This document shows positions 1 to 10,412 of a stretch of 64,000 nt of DNA, in pieces. Positions within the stretch are counted from its first letter, which is position 1, and each line of letters begins with the position of its first letter. The stretch is taken from the NCBI GenBank assembly GCA_043818555.1, contig JBDRFP010000002.1, positions 16,774 to 80,773 on the forward strand, written 5' to 3'. The stretch is from a bacterium. Lineage in GTDB: Bacteria; Patescibacteriota; Patescibacteriia; UBA9934. A program made the position numbers and the translations under genes. Below the pieces are notes generated by a model. That model ran no database searches, was not told where the DNA came from, and was given only the letters and a program-made list of their open reading frames with translations.

Positions 1-126
1 ATTGCCAAGCGTAGGCAGTGAAAAATTTCCTCCAACCAGCACGGTGACGGCTACGCCGGCAACCAGGCCAAAGACAAAAACCATTTTTGGGTTTCCGTCA
101 AAAAAACCTCTTTTTTGATCTTCCAT
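1..126 (-). CDS. Partial CDS (N-terminal 42 codons; the gene continues beyond the window start). Hydrophobic N-terminus MEDQKRGFFDGNPKMVFVFGLVAGVAVTVLVGG, putative membrane protein.
   Basis: ATG at 124-126 on the minus strand, 4 nt after the lgt stop, open to the window edge. Not in the ORF track because it is under 60 aa. No clear SD. Confidence 0.3.
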   Translation of the reverse strand, partial: MEDQKRGFFDGNPKMVFVFGLVAGVAVTVLVGGNFSLPTLGN

Positions 127-130
127 ATAA

Positions 131-874
131 TTATTTACGGTTTTTTAGTTTGTAAATTGTAATAATCCCAAACGCTGCGAGTAAGATCGACAAATACTGT
201 GCAGGCGTCAGACCGAGGTATCTTACATCAAATGCGCGCAGGAAGTCCAGCCCAAATCGAACAATGCCGTACCAAAGTGCAAAAATCGCAATGTAGAGGC
301 CTGTTTGGCGCTGTTTTCGCGCCAATAGCAGGAAGGTTATTGCCATGGCAAGGCCGTTAATCGACAAGTATAAGCCGTGGTCGTGGCGGATGATTCCATC
401 CGGAAATTCAATGCCGAGCGGGAATGAAGTTTGCGTGCCAGGGTGGTCATGGATAAGGAAGCAGCCGATCCTGCCAATCCAGAGCCCTACCGGAAGGCCG
501 AAAACCGCTGTGTCAGCATAGTCCCAAACGCTTAATTTTTTTCTGCGAAGGTAAATTGCTCCGGCGATTACAACAGCTATGAACCCGCCATAAACCGACA
601 GCCCTCCGTGCCAGATCATCAGGATCTCCGAAGGGTTGCCAAGATAATATCCGGGGTCGTAGAGCAGAATGTGCGCAAGCCGACCGCCGACAAGTCCTGC
701 AAGCATTGCAATCGCGGCAAGGTCGTACACTGCCACGATTTTTAGATTGCGACGACGCGCCATCCATCCTGCCGCAAGCGACCCTGCAACAAAGCCAAGC
801 GCTACAAAAAAGCCCCACACATAAAGTGTAAGCGGACCAGCCTGGATCGATGTAAATTCAAAATATGGGATCAT
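131..874 (-). CDS. lgt: Prolipoprotein diacylglyceryl transferase
   Basis: 247 aa multi-TM protein with the Lgt signature stretches GGRLAHIL, WHGGLSVYGG and GRIGCFLIHDHPGT. Confidence 0.85.
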   Translation of the reverse strand: MIPYFEFTSIQAGPLTLYVWGFFVALGFVAGSLAAGWMARRRNLKIVAVYDLAAIAMLAGLVGGRLAHILLYDPGYYLGNPSEILMIWHGGLSVYGGFIAVVIAGAIYLRRKKLSVWDYADTAVFGLPVGLWIGRIGCFLIHDHPGTQTSFPLGIEFPDGIIRHDHGLYLSINGLAMAITFLLLARKQRQTGLYIAIFALWYGIVRFGLDFLRAFDVRYLGLTPAQYLSILLAAFGIITIYKLKNRK

Positions 875-1512
875 GCATCAATATATTTCGTGAACGATTT
901 TCGATGCTTAATAATCAACGCCGAGCCAACAATGGCACCAAGCGTGTCGTAGACAATGTCGCGAGTAGTGTCGCCAGGCTGGCCTGCCTCGCCATATGCT
1001 GCAGACCCAAATACGGCATCGAGCGACCATTCGCCAAGCTCAACAATAATCCCAAGAGCCAAAGTGATTACTATCAGCGCTGCCAGCACGCCAAACCCAC
1101 TAGGCCCCGATTTACTATCTGACATAACATATGCGAACGCATAAAGCGCCACTGCGGCAAGGGCTGAGCTTGAAAAATGCACAAACGAATCAAACCCAAT
1201 GTCCCAACGATACGGCCCCATAGCTCCAATCCATGAAAGAATTGTGGCAATAACCAAAATGAATTCAATTGTCCCCAGCGCCTGTTCTTTGCCCCGGTCT
1301 CTCAAGCCTGGCACAAGCTCAAAAAATAATTGCGGTAGAAACAAAAGAATCGCTGACAGAACAAACAAATACGCCAGCAACCACTCGAAATCATGGTCAA
1401 TATCAATAACTCGAAAATAAAACAACGGCGCAGCAATAAGGAATAGCCAAAAGCAGGCGTGTACGGTACGTCGTGTTGGTAATTTTGATTTAAATAAACT
1501 CGGAAACGTCAT
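871..1512 (-). CDS. Hypothetical polytopic membrane protein
   Basis: 213 aa with several predicted TM helices. The start overlaps the lgt end by 4 nt (ATGA). No diagnostic motif recognised. Confidence 0.5.
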   Translation of the reverse strand: MTFPSLFKSKLPTRRTVHACFWLFLIAAPLFYFRVIDIDHDFEWLLAYLFVLSAILLFLPQLFFELVPGLRDRGKEQALGTIEFILVIATILSWIGAMGPYRWDIGFDSFVHFSSSALAAVALYAFAYVMSDSKSGPSGFGVLAALIVITLALGIIVELGEWSLDAVFGSAAYGEAGQPGDTTRDIVYDTLGAIVGSALIIKHRKSFTKYIDA

Positions 1513-1551
1513 ATTAGCTCAGTTAGCTCCTTTAGCCCCACTAGCCCTCGC

Positions 1552-3003
1552 TTATTCCTCCTCCGCCTCCTGCGTATGCCAATTCGTAACTGACTGGTAC
1601 GCGTGCGCTGCGTGCAAAATCTTGCCGTCACCCAAGTGAGCGCCCATAAATTGCATGCCGACCGGCAAATCATCCACAAATCCGCATGGCACCGAAATGG
1701 CAGGAATGCCGGCAATGTTTGCTGTGACTGTAAAAATATCAGCCAAGTACATTGCAATCGGATCATTAAATTTCTCACCAATGTCCCAGGCTACTGTAGG
1801 CGATGTTGGGGCAAGCAAAACATCAACCTTCTTGAGAACTTCCTGGATTTCGTCATGAATGGCAGTTCGGACAGCCTGTGCCTTTTTGTAATACGCGTCA
1901 TAATAGCCGGCTGACAAAATATATGTTCCGAGCAAAATTCGGCGCTTCACCTCAGCGCCAAATCCTTCGCCGCGCGCATGAACATAGCTCTCCTGAAGTT
2001 TATCGGTTTGAGCTCGTGTGCCGTAGCGCAGGCCATCGAACCGACCCAAATTAGAGCTTGCCTCTGCTGGTTGAATAATATAATAGGTAGCGAGCGCATA
2101 CTCAGTAAGCGGCAAGCTAACATCTACAATTGTCGCTCCGTTCTCCTTTAAAACATCAATCGCATCTTCTACACACTTTCGCACGCCGTCGTCCATGCCC
2201 GGCACAAAGAACTCGCGCGGCACGCCAATCGTCATACCTTCAATGTTTGACTCCATTAGCTCGGCAACAGTCTTATCCGGCAAATTAAGCGATGTCGCAT
2301 CATATTCATCACCGCCTTCGATCACTTCCAGCAGAAGCGCAACATCTTCTGCGCTCCTGGCAATAGGACCGATCTGGTCCAGGCTGGACGCAAAAGCAAT
2401 CAAACCGTTTCTAGATACTCTGCCGTAGGTAGGTTTTAACCCTGTAACTCCGCATAACGACGCAGGCTGACGAATCGATCCTCCTGTATCGCTTCCCAAT
2501 GCTGCCGGTACCATACAGGCCGCCACCGCAGCTGCCGACCCACCGGAAGATCCTCCCGGAACCTTGGATAAGTTCCACGGATTTTTTGTTTTTTGCCAAA
2601 ATGAGTTTTCAGTAGACGACCCCATTGCAAACTCGTCCATGTTTGTGCGACCAATAATAATCGCGCCGGCTTCGAGCAATCGATCAACTACTGTCGAATT
2701 GTACGCGGCCTTGTAGTTCTCAAGCATTTTCGATCCTGCGCTCGCCGTGTGACCTTTGTATAAAATATTGTCCTTGATTGCAATTGGCACACCCGAGAGT
2801 CGCGGCATAGACTCGCCAGCGTCGCGACGATCATCGATTGCCTGCGCAGCCGCACGCGCTTCATCTTCAAAAACCTCCAAAAACGCGCCAACCTTGCCGT
2901 CGAGCTTTTTTATGCGATCAAGATACAAATCAACTACGCGCACGGCTGTAACTTCACCGCTCGCAACCGCCTCTGCAATTTGTTTTACACTGTCGTATTC
3001 CAT
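1552..3003 (-). CDS. gatA: Glutamyl-tRNA(Gln)/aspartyl-tRNA(Asn) amidotransferase subunit A
   Basis: 483 aa with the amidase signature (GGSSGGSAAAVAA, KDNI, SGVPIAIKD). Typical GatA N-terminus. Confidence 0.9.
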   Translation of the reverse strand: MEYDSVKQIAEAVASGEVTAVRVVDLYLDRIKKLDGKVGAFLEVFEDEARAAAQAIDDRRDAGESMPRLSGVPIAIKDNILYKGHTASAGSKMLENYKAAYNSTVVDRLLEAGAIIIGRTNMDEFAMGSSTENSFWQKTKNPWNLSKVPGGSSGGSAAAVAACMVPAALGSDTGGSIRQPASLCGVTGLKPTYGRVSRNGLIAFASSLDQIGPIARSAEDVALLLEVIEGGDEYDATSLNLPDKTVAELMESNIEGMTIGVPREFFVPGMDDGVRKCVEDAIDVLKENGATIVDVSLPLTEYALATYYIIQPAEASSNLGRFDGLRYGTRAQTDKLQESYVHARGEGFGAEVKRRILLGTYILSAGYYDAYYKKAQAVRTAIHDEIQEVLKKVDVLLAPTSPTVAWDIGEKFNDPIAMYLADIFTVTANIAGIPAISVPCGFVDDLPVGMQFMGAHLGDGKILHAAHAYQSVTNWHTQEAEEE

Positions 3004-3048
3004 AATTTTACTTTTGACTTTCTGACTTTAGACTTTTTGACTTTCGAC

Positions 3049-3360
3049 TTAATGACTCTCATCCGGCATATCAAAAACCGCCGGCACCTCAAGCGCTCCA
3101 CCCGTGCTCTTCGGGAACGCTTCCCTGCACGCCTCGCGGACGCCCTCGCTACATCCCGTGACTTCATCAGCTCGAAATACATTCACCTGATCGGTCAAAT
3201 AAGCTTTCATGTCGACCTTTGATGTATCGACTTCGTGTAGCTTGCTAACATAGGAAACGATTGACCCAAGTTGGTCAGGGAGTTCCGCTCGCTCCGAATC
3301 ATTTAGATCAATAAGCGCGAGTTTTGAGATGTGATCAATGTCAAATTCGATTTGGGGCAT
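3049..3360 (-). CDS. gatC: Glu/Asp-tRNA amidotransferase subunit C
   Basis: 103 aa small acidic protein immediately upstream of gatA on the same strand. N-terminal region is GatC-like (ISKLALIDLNDSE...). Confidence 0.75.
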   Translation of the reverse strand: MPQIEFDIDHISKLALIDLNDSERAELPDQLGSIVSYVSKLHEVDTSKVDMKAYLTDQVNVFRADEVTGCSEGVREACREAFPKSTGGALEVPAVFDMPDESH

Positions 3361-3449
3361 AAATGTTATTGAGTTATTGAGTGGTTGAGTTATTGAGAGA
3401 CTAAATCACTCAATCACTAAATCACTAAATAACTGTCGTTTCGCATTAA

Positions 3450-5516
<2,067 letters not shown>

Positions 5517-5520
5517 TCAG

Positions 5521-5700
5521 ATTTTTAACCTCCTGAGGAGTTCCCACCCCTTAACCCTGAAGGTTTAACCCCTGGGGTTAAACGTTTAGCGTTAAACCCT
5601 GAGGGTTAAGAAGCCTAAACCGCCAAGGTTGGCCCACCCTACTCTTAATCAACGGCCAAAACCAGGGTTTAACCCTGAAGGTTTAATTTGGAGATAAATA
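5521..5700. repeat. Cluster of TTAACCC / GGGTTAA-type palindromic repeat units (TTAACCCTGAAGGTTTAA and variants) directly upstream of ligA
   Basis: Visible repeated units ttaaccctgaaggtttaacccctggggttaaacg...gttaaaccctgagggttaag...agggtttaaccctgaaggtttaa. Confidence 0.7.
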
Positions 5701-5760
5701 TTTTCAAAAATAAATCCCCGACGTGAATCGGGTACGGGCTGATCAAGAACGATCGCTGGC

Positions 5761-5892
5761 CTTTGTGGCCGATCGGGCAAAATGTGCAACATTTGTAAAT
5801 CGTGACAATTGTGTAAACTTAGCAAAGATCCTCTATTTTTATAAAATGAAGTGTTGTAGATTGTGGCCGATCGGGCAAAATGTGCAACACAT
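5761..5892. repeat. Two 29-bp direct repeats TTGTGGCCGATCGGGCAAAATGTGCAACA (palindromic CCGATCGG core) about 100 bp apart, flanking an AT-rich TATAAAAT segment. Candidate operator pair in the ligA upstream region.
   Basis: Identical 29-mers at about 5763-5791 and 5862-5890. Confidence 0.6.
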
Positions 5893-6029
5893 GCAAAATA
5901 AATCCCCCGAAGTTAATCAGGAATGTGCTAATCACGAATGATCGCTGAGCTTGGCGATACCAACGCGGTGGATCGCTTACATGTCCAACATTGTTGCCGA
6001 TCATATGTAATGTTGGACAACAATCGCAT

Positions 6030-6058
6030 TATAAAACCGCCCCATCAGGAGCGGTCAG
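6030..6058 (-). terminator. Rho-independent terminator of small paralog 1 (ACCGC-TCCTGATGGG-GCGGT followed by TTTATAAT on the minus strand)
   Basis: GC stem followed by a T-run immediately after the stop at 6067. Confidence 0.6.
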
Positions 6059-6066
6059 CAGCGCCT

Positions 6067-6369
6067 TTACGACGCCATACGAGATTGAGCGCGCTTGGCC
6101 CATTCGTCCAGGCAGTCCTCGGCAAGAGCCAAATACCTGCCTGCTTCAACATCGCGCTCAACGATAGTGACTGTCTCCGGCATGGTGTTCATAATCGCCT
6201 TGCGGCGAACCACAGTAAGAACACCGAGTCTGCTGCGGAACGCCGGGCTTATGAGAACCTTTGCGACTCGTCCGCCAACATTTGCATACAGGACGAGCGC
6301 TTTCCTATTCGCATTCTGTGCCTGCACCAGAGCGTAGTCAATGAATACGCATTTTGCTGAACTTTTCAT
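6067..6369 (-). CDS. Small conserved protein, tandem paralog 1 (100 aa; MKSSAKC...LDEWAKRAQSRMAS)
   Basis: Start moved to the internal ATG preceded by GGAGG. Paralogous over its full length to 6516..6818. Has its own sigma70-like promoter and terminator. Confidence 0.7.
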   Translation of the reverse strand: MKSSAKCVFIDYALVQAQNANRKALVLYANVGGRVAKVLISPAFRSRLGVLTVVRRKAIMNTMPETVTIVERDVEAGRYLALAEDCLDEWAKRAQSRMAS

Positions 6370-6394
6370 TTTTACCTCCAGTAAACAAGAGTTA

Positions 6395-6423
6395 TGTATA
6401 TTATGTTTTTTGAATTTTGTCAA
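6395..6423 (-). promoter_or_regulatory. Sigma70-type promoter of paralog 1 (-35 TTGACA, 17-nt spacer, -10 TATACA), followed by SD GGAGG
   Basis: Minus-strand reading is TTGACAaaattcaaaaaacataaTATACA...GGAGGtaaaaATG. Confidence 0.55.
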
Positions 6424-6451
6424 CCTTTATGGCCCGAGCTCGGTCAAGATT

Positions 6452-6481
6452 GCAAAAAAATCCCCCGAACTTAGTCGGGGG
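6452..6481 (-). terminator. Rho-independent terminator of paralog 2 (CCCCCGA-CTAAGT-TCGGGGG plus a T7 run)
   Basis: Perfect 7-bp GC stem followed by TTTTTTT on the gene strand, right after the stop at 6516. Confidence 0.75.
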
Positions 6482-6515
6482 ACGCTCCACTCATGAGGAC
6501 AGGTCAACGGCGCCT

Positions 6516-6818
6516 TTACGACGCCATGCGGGATCGGGTGCGTTCGGCCCACTCGTCCAGGCTCGCGCCCGAAAGCGAGTAATGGATGCCGCGCCCCATG
6601 TGCCGAGCAACTACGGTTACACTTTCAGGCATGGTGTCCGCAATCGCCTTGCGAACGGCTGCATCCAACTCGCCAATTCGATGCCGGAAAGCGCTGCCAA
6701 TATTCACCTTAGCAGCACACTCATGAATTTCTATGTGAAGCACGAGATCGTTGCCGCTTGATCCCTTTACGATTACGCGCTCGAAAGCGACCAAATGACA
6801 CTTTGCAGAACATTTCAT
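6516..6818 (-). CDS. Small conserved protein, tandem paralog 2 (100 aa; MKCSAKC...LDEWAERTRSRMAS)
   Basis: SD AAGGGGG 5 nt upstream of the ATG. About 40% identical to paralog 1, with shared blocks TMPE(T/S)VT(I/V)V and LDEWA.R..SRMAS. Family not recognised. A weak Asp23/Gls24-like pattern is noted but not asserted. Confidence 0.7.
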   Translation of the reverse strand: MKCSAKCHLVAFERVIVKGSSGNDLVLHIEIHECAAKVNIGSAFRHRIGELDAAVRKAIADTMPESVTVVARHMGRGIHYSLSGASLDEWAERTRSRMAS

Positions 6819-6827
6819 ATTGCCCCC

Positions 6828-6980
6828 TTACCGGCCGCTTCGCTTGCTGCCAGAAGGCAGGCTCGACCTTGCCCTTGCCCAGTCCTCCACGAACCCGCAG
6901 GTTCGTCTTGATGCATCGCGACACCTGCGAGCGCGCTCCTCGAGCACGCAGGAAGTCAGGTTTATCAGGATCTCGATCAT
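6828..6980 (-). CDS. Candidate upstream small ORF (50 aa, MIEILINLTSCVLEERARRCRDASRRTCGFVEDWARARSSLPSGSKRSGR), Arg-rich with 3 Cys
   Basis: Canonical SD AAGGAGG 8 nt before its ATG. Its TAA stop overlaps the SD of paralog 2. Lies inside the roughly 200-nt GC-rich leader downstream of a TTGACA-N17-TATCTT promoter. Confidence 0.4.
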   Translation of the reverse strand: MIEILINLTSCVLEERARRCRDASRRTCGFVEDWARARSSLPSGSKRSGR

Positions 6981-7027
6981 TTTTCTCGCCTCCTTTTGGA
7001 TGATTTTGAGTGAACGAACAAGTGATA

Positions 7028-7056
7028 AAGATAACAAAACTTAGCCAAGTTGTCAA
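7028..7056 (-). promoter_or_regulatory. Sigma70-type promoter (-35 TTGACA, 17 nt, -10 TATCTT) driving the upstream ORF plus paralog 2
   Basis: Minus-strand reading is ggccTTGACAacttggctaagttttgtTATCTT. Confidence 0.5.
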
Positions 7057-7109
7057 GGCCAGACATCGTAATAGGCCATATTGGTCCAATGGGTCCTATT
7101 TCAACAGAA

Positions 7110-7140
7110 AACAGACCCCTCGGCCTGTTTATCCAGTCTA
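7110..7140 (-). terminator. Putative Rho-independent terminator downstream of the prepilin peptidase gene (AAACAGGCCGAGGGGTCTGTTT followed by a T-rich tract on the minus strand)
   Basis: Stem with one G-U pair, followed by TCTGTTGAAAT. Confidence 0.4.
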
Positions 7141-7173
7141 ATCAAGTTCCAAATCCAGCCCCATCCAGTCACC

Positions 7174-7968
7174 CTAACCAAAGAACCCCATATACCAATC
7201 CAGCAAATACTGCCCCCAAATCATAGTGATAATCGTCGCGCCTGCCATAAAGGTGCCAAACGGCACGTGGCTGTCGAGTTTGTATTTCTTAGTTGTGATC
7301 AAAATGATTCCGGCGATCGCTCCAAGAACGTAGGATAAGAACAGTGCGACGATTCCGAGTTCAATGCCAAGCAAAAATCCCATTAATAAGCCCATTCGAA
7401 TATCTCCACCGCCAATCCACTTTCCACCTGAAATCAAAAATTGAAAGGCAAAGAACCCGCCAAGCAAAAATCCGCCAGCAAGAATATTCATTGCGTCAGT
7501 CCCAAGGAAAATGTTAAATAGCAGTACAATGATCATCGCTGGGATGGAAAATCTGTCCAGAATGTATGAATAGCGCAGGTCGTAAACGAAAATGATGACT
7601 AGGAATACAGCCACTAATGCATCGCGAACGAAAAGCGTTACCCACTCGCCGCCTGCAACGAAAATCGGCAAGCCAAACCCCAGAGCTGCGCGCGCAAACA
7701 AAAGACCAAACAAAATTCCCATCGCAAGCTCCACGGCCGGATACTGCCACTCAATAACGCTTGAGCACTTCCTGCAACGTCCTTTTAGCGCAAAGTAGCT
7801 CCAAATTGGGATGAGGTCGAGTGTGGCTACCGGCACAAGGCACTGACGACATTTTGATCGCCCTGTGATTGGCTCGTTCGCGCCGGTTCGAAAAACCACA
7901 ACATTAATAAAGCTGCCAACAGCAATGCCGAGGACGCAGGCGAAGATTGTCCAAAGGATGATGTTCAT
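7174..7968 (-). CDS. pilD: Prepilin leader peptidase / N-methyltransferase (A24 family)
   Basis: 264 aa. N-terminal Cx2C...Cx2C zinc motif (CRQC...CRKC) and polytopic membrane topology typical of PilD. Confidence 0.85.
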   Translation of the reverse strand: MNIILWTIFACVLGIAVGSFINVVVFRTGANEPITGRSKCRQCLVPVATLDLIPIWSYFALKGRCRKCSSVIEWQYPAVELAMGILFGLLFARAALGFGLPIFVAGGEWVTLFVRDALVAVFLVIIFVYDLRYSYILDRFSIPAMIIVLLFNIFLGTDAMNILAGGFLLGGFFAFQFLISGGKWIGGGDIRMGLLMGFLLGIELGIVALFLSYVLGAIAGIILITTKKYKLDSHVPFGTFMAGATIITMIWGQYLLDWYMGFFG

Positions 7969-7979
7969 ATCGTAGGGCG

Positions 7980-8115
7980 TGGGATTTATTGTCGGGAAAC
8001 GATTGTTTATTATCGGCTAGCAAAGTTTATTGGCGATTTGCGAGGTTTATTGTCGGGAAGCTGGGGTTCGTTACAGACCTACAGACCGATAGATGAAGAT
8101 TATTGTCGGGAAGCT
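7980..8115. repeat. Array of five TTTATTGTCGG-like units at about 21-bp phasing between the pilin gene and pilD. Phased A/T tracts, predicted curved DNA.
   Basis: gatttattgtcggg / gtttattatcggc / gtttattggcg / gtttattgtcggg / gattattgtcggg at about 7986, 8007, 8028, 8048 and 8101. Confidence 0.65.
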
Positions 8116-8122
8116 CGACTGG

Positions 8123-8632
8123 CTACTCTGAAACCGTGAGCGCTGAACACTCGCCTGGGTCAATTCCTGATTCTGTAGCGCAATTAAGACCGCTCTCAAG
8201 TTCGATTAGCGGATTTGCGCGTTCAAGTTCAAATTGAATTCTGTACTCACCGTCGTCGCCAGCATAGCAATACGCATTGTTAGCACTGCCGCACGATGAC
8301 AATTTTTCCAGCCCCGCAGTCGGGGTCGATGGAACTACCAACATATAGACCGTCTGAGTCGCCTCAGGACACGAACCCGCAAACCCGGACTCCCCAAGAC
8401 AAATGGTAGATGCCTGCCCAAGCGCAATAGCCTCAGCCGTTTCCGGGTACATGTTTGTGTCGTTGAAATAAAGCTCCAGCGCAGCCTGAGTCTGTCTGAC
8501 ATCGGAAAGCCGAACAGCGTCGCGCGTGCGCGAGCGCGCTGTGGAGACCGCCACGACAGCCATTAGGCCAAGTAGACCTATGATTAGGCCTATAATTAGG
8601 ATTTCAATCTTAGTGATCCCTTGGTTGTTCAT
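8123..8632 (-). CDS. Type IV pilin-like protein (prepilin-type N-terminal cleavage/methylation domain)
   Basis: Leader MNNQG followed by ITKIEILIIGLIIGLL (Glu at +5) and a hydrophobic helix. 169 aa with C-terminal Cys residues. Confidence 0.75.
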   Translation of the reverse strand: MNNQGITKIEILIIGLIIGLLGLMAVVAVSTARSRTRDAVRLSDVRQTQAALELYFNDTNMYPETAEAIALGQASTICLGESGFAGSCPEATQTVYMLVVPSTPTAGLEKLSSCGSANNAYCYAGDDGEYRIQFELERANPLIELESGLNCATESGIDPGECSALTVSE

Positions 8633-8649
8633 AGATTTTCGGTAAACGA

Positions 8650-8745
8650 GTTTTATTGTCGGAAAACTTTGTTTATTGGCTGACGACGAAGTTTATTGCA
8701 CGGCCTACGGAGATTTATTACGAATAGTAGAATTTATTGTCAAAA
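8650..8745. repeat. Second array of five (G)TTTATTG units at about 20-21-bp phasing, upstream of the pilin gene
   Basis: gttttattgtcgg, gtttattggc, gtttattgcacgg, gatttattacg, aatttattgtc. Confidence 0.65.
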
Positions 8746-8760
8746 ACTACTGTACGCTGT

Positions 8761-9150
8761 CTACTGACTACTGTCTACTTTCGTAATCAATTTTTTCATC
8801 TTCGACACGGCCTCTTGCGGGACGAAATGGCCTACAAGCAAATATTCACTTGCGCCTGCCTGCAAGGAGCGTTCGATTTCAGAGCGATCTCCCATTTCAG
8901 CCAAAATAACAATTTTACTGTTCAAAATCGTCGGCATAGACCGCAACTTTCGTACCTCTTCGGAAATATCTGCCGCACAATCAGCATCAAGCAAAATAAT
9001 TGATGGACGAATTTTCACTGCCTTCCTCTCCCCTTCAGAAAGCGATTCAGCAACTTCCACCTCCCACCCGTCAAGTTCGAATTTTCGACCGTAAATTCCA
9101 GCAAGGTAAGGATCGCAGGCGACTATTAAGATAGATGGTGCGCTTGTCAT
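8761..9150 (-). CDS. Receiver-domain (CheY-like) protein, atypical
   Basis: 129 aa. Phospho-acceptor-like Asp in IILLDAD and a CheY-like beta-alpha pattern, but the conserved C-terminal Lys appears absent (YLLVGHFVP). Confidence 0.5.
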   Translation of the reverse strand: MTSAPSILIVACDPYLAGIYGRKFELDGWEVEVAESLSEGERKAVKIRPSIILLDADCAADISEEVRKLRSMPTILNSKIVILAEMGDRSEIERSLQAGASEYLLVGHFVPQEAVSKMKKLITKVDSSQ

Positions 9151-9173
9151 AGGTCGTATAGGTCCTATAAGAC

Positions 9174-10349
9174 CTATTTAGCGTTCTTCATCGCAAGCCC
9201 GGCCGCTACTGAAAACCTCGGACCGATTTCAGCCAAAACAGGCCTCAATCCTTCCGGAGCCGCAATTCGCGCCCATGGGTCTCCCAGGTAAACACTAATG
9301 TTCATAGCCTCTGTGATGATTGGGTCAATCTGAGGGAGCATGGCCGATCCTCCGGTCAAAATAATCTTCTCAACCGTTTGGTGCTGATGGAAATCCTGCT
9401 GGGCAAACAGTTCGAGTGAATACTTAATTTCGTGCAAAATCGGCTGAATTGCTTCTTTGAGAACAGGCGGAATCCCGCCCGGCGGAGGCGAAATTGCCAA
9501 ATCGAGCTTGGTTTGCTCGGCTTCAGACAACGAAATGCTCATTTGCTTTGCGATCATGTCGGTTACTGTTGCTCCTCCGGCCTTTATACTTCGGTGCAAG
9601 AACGGAAATCCTTTGTGAACGATTGTAATGTTTGTGCGCTCATAGCCGATGTCAACAATCATTAACCGCGACTTATCATTGCCGACCAACGATCGAATCA
9701 GCGCGAACGCCTCTGTTTCGAGCGAAACTAAATCAATCTTTGCCGCCTTGAATGCCGCAACATACTTTCCTACCATTTCCTTCGGAGCTCCGGAAACTAA
9801 AACGCGAATATGTTTACCGCCTTGAACTTTTGCAGGATACTCCTCTTTAATCTCCAGTCCCTCGTCTCCGGTTCCTTTGTCTTTTGCCTTATCGATCTTT
9901 TCAGCAAGCGGCGCCTTTGGCAGTAAATCCTTGTCGATTATGGTTGAATCCAGAATCATATCGCCAAGAGGCTTTGGCAGCAGCTTCTGAACCTGATTTT
10001 CAATCAGTGGCTTAAGGTCTTCCTTGTGGCTCTTTGGCTGTGGAATCGTAATTATTGCATGAAAAACCGAATGACTCGGGAGCGATGCGTTCGCCTTGTT
10101 CGACTTCATACCAGACTCCTGCATTATTCTGCGCAAAACCTCAGCGGCCATTTTTGGATCGTCCAAAAGAGCTCCGGCATGCTTTTCCGGATCTCTAAAT
10201 TCTGAGTAGCCATAAGTTACCAGGCGCAGGCGCTTGCCCTCCGGGACCAGCTCAACCATTTTGATTCCGCCGGCTCCAATGTCAACACCCATTAAACCGG
10301 GCGCTACCTTGTCTTTTTTTCCGAAGATTGCCATAAATGAGAGTATCAA
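9174..10349 (-). CDS. pilM: Type IV pilus assembly ATPase-fold protein PilM
   Basis: N-terminus LMGVDIGAGGIKMVEL matches the PilM/actin-like phosphate-1 motif. Located in the pilus module. The start may be at the second ATG (MAIFGKK). Confidence 0.75.
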   Translation of the reverse strand: MILSFMAIFGKKDKVAPGLMGVDIGAGGIKMVELVPEGKRLRLVTYGYSEFRDPEKHAGALLDDPKMAAEVLRRIMQESGMKSNKANASLPSHSVFHAIITIPQPKSHKEDLKPLIENQVQKLLPKPLGDMILDSTIIDKDLLPKAPLAEKIDKAKDKGTGDEGLEIKEEYPAKVQGGKHIRVLVSGAPKEMVGKYVAAFKAAKIDLVSLETEAFALIRSLVGNDKSRLMIVDIGYERTNITIVHKGFPFLHRSIKAGGATVTDMIAKQMSISLSEAEQTKLDLAISPPPGGIPPVLKEAIQPILHEIKYSLELFAQQDFHQHQTVEKIILTGGSAMLPQIDPIITEAMNISVYLGDPWARIAAPEGLRPVLAEIGPRFSVAAGLAMKNAK

Positions 10350-10412
10350 ATTTCAAGCTCCAAATAACAATTTATTATTTGGATTTTGGATTTTGGAATT
10401 GATTACAGTATA

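Noticed and set aside
6721-7089. 122-aa ORF from the track overlapping paralog 2 and its leader
   Set aside because: It overlaps a well-supported gene and promoter on the same strand in another frame. It is superseded by the SD-preceded 50-codon upstream ORF and the leader interpretation.
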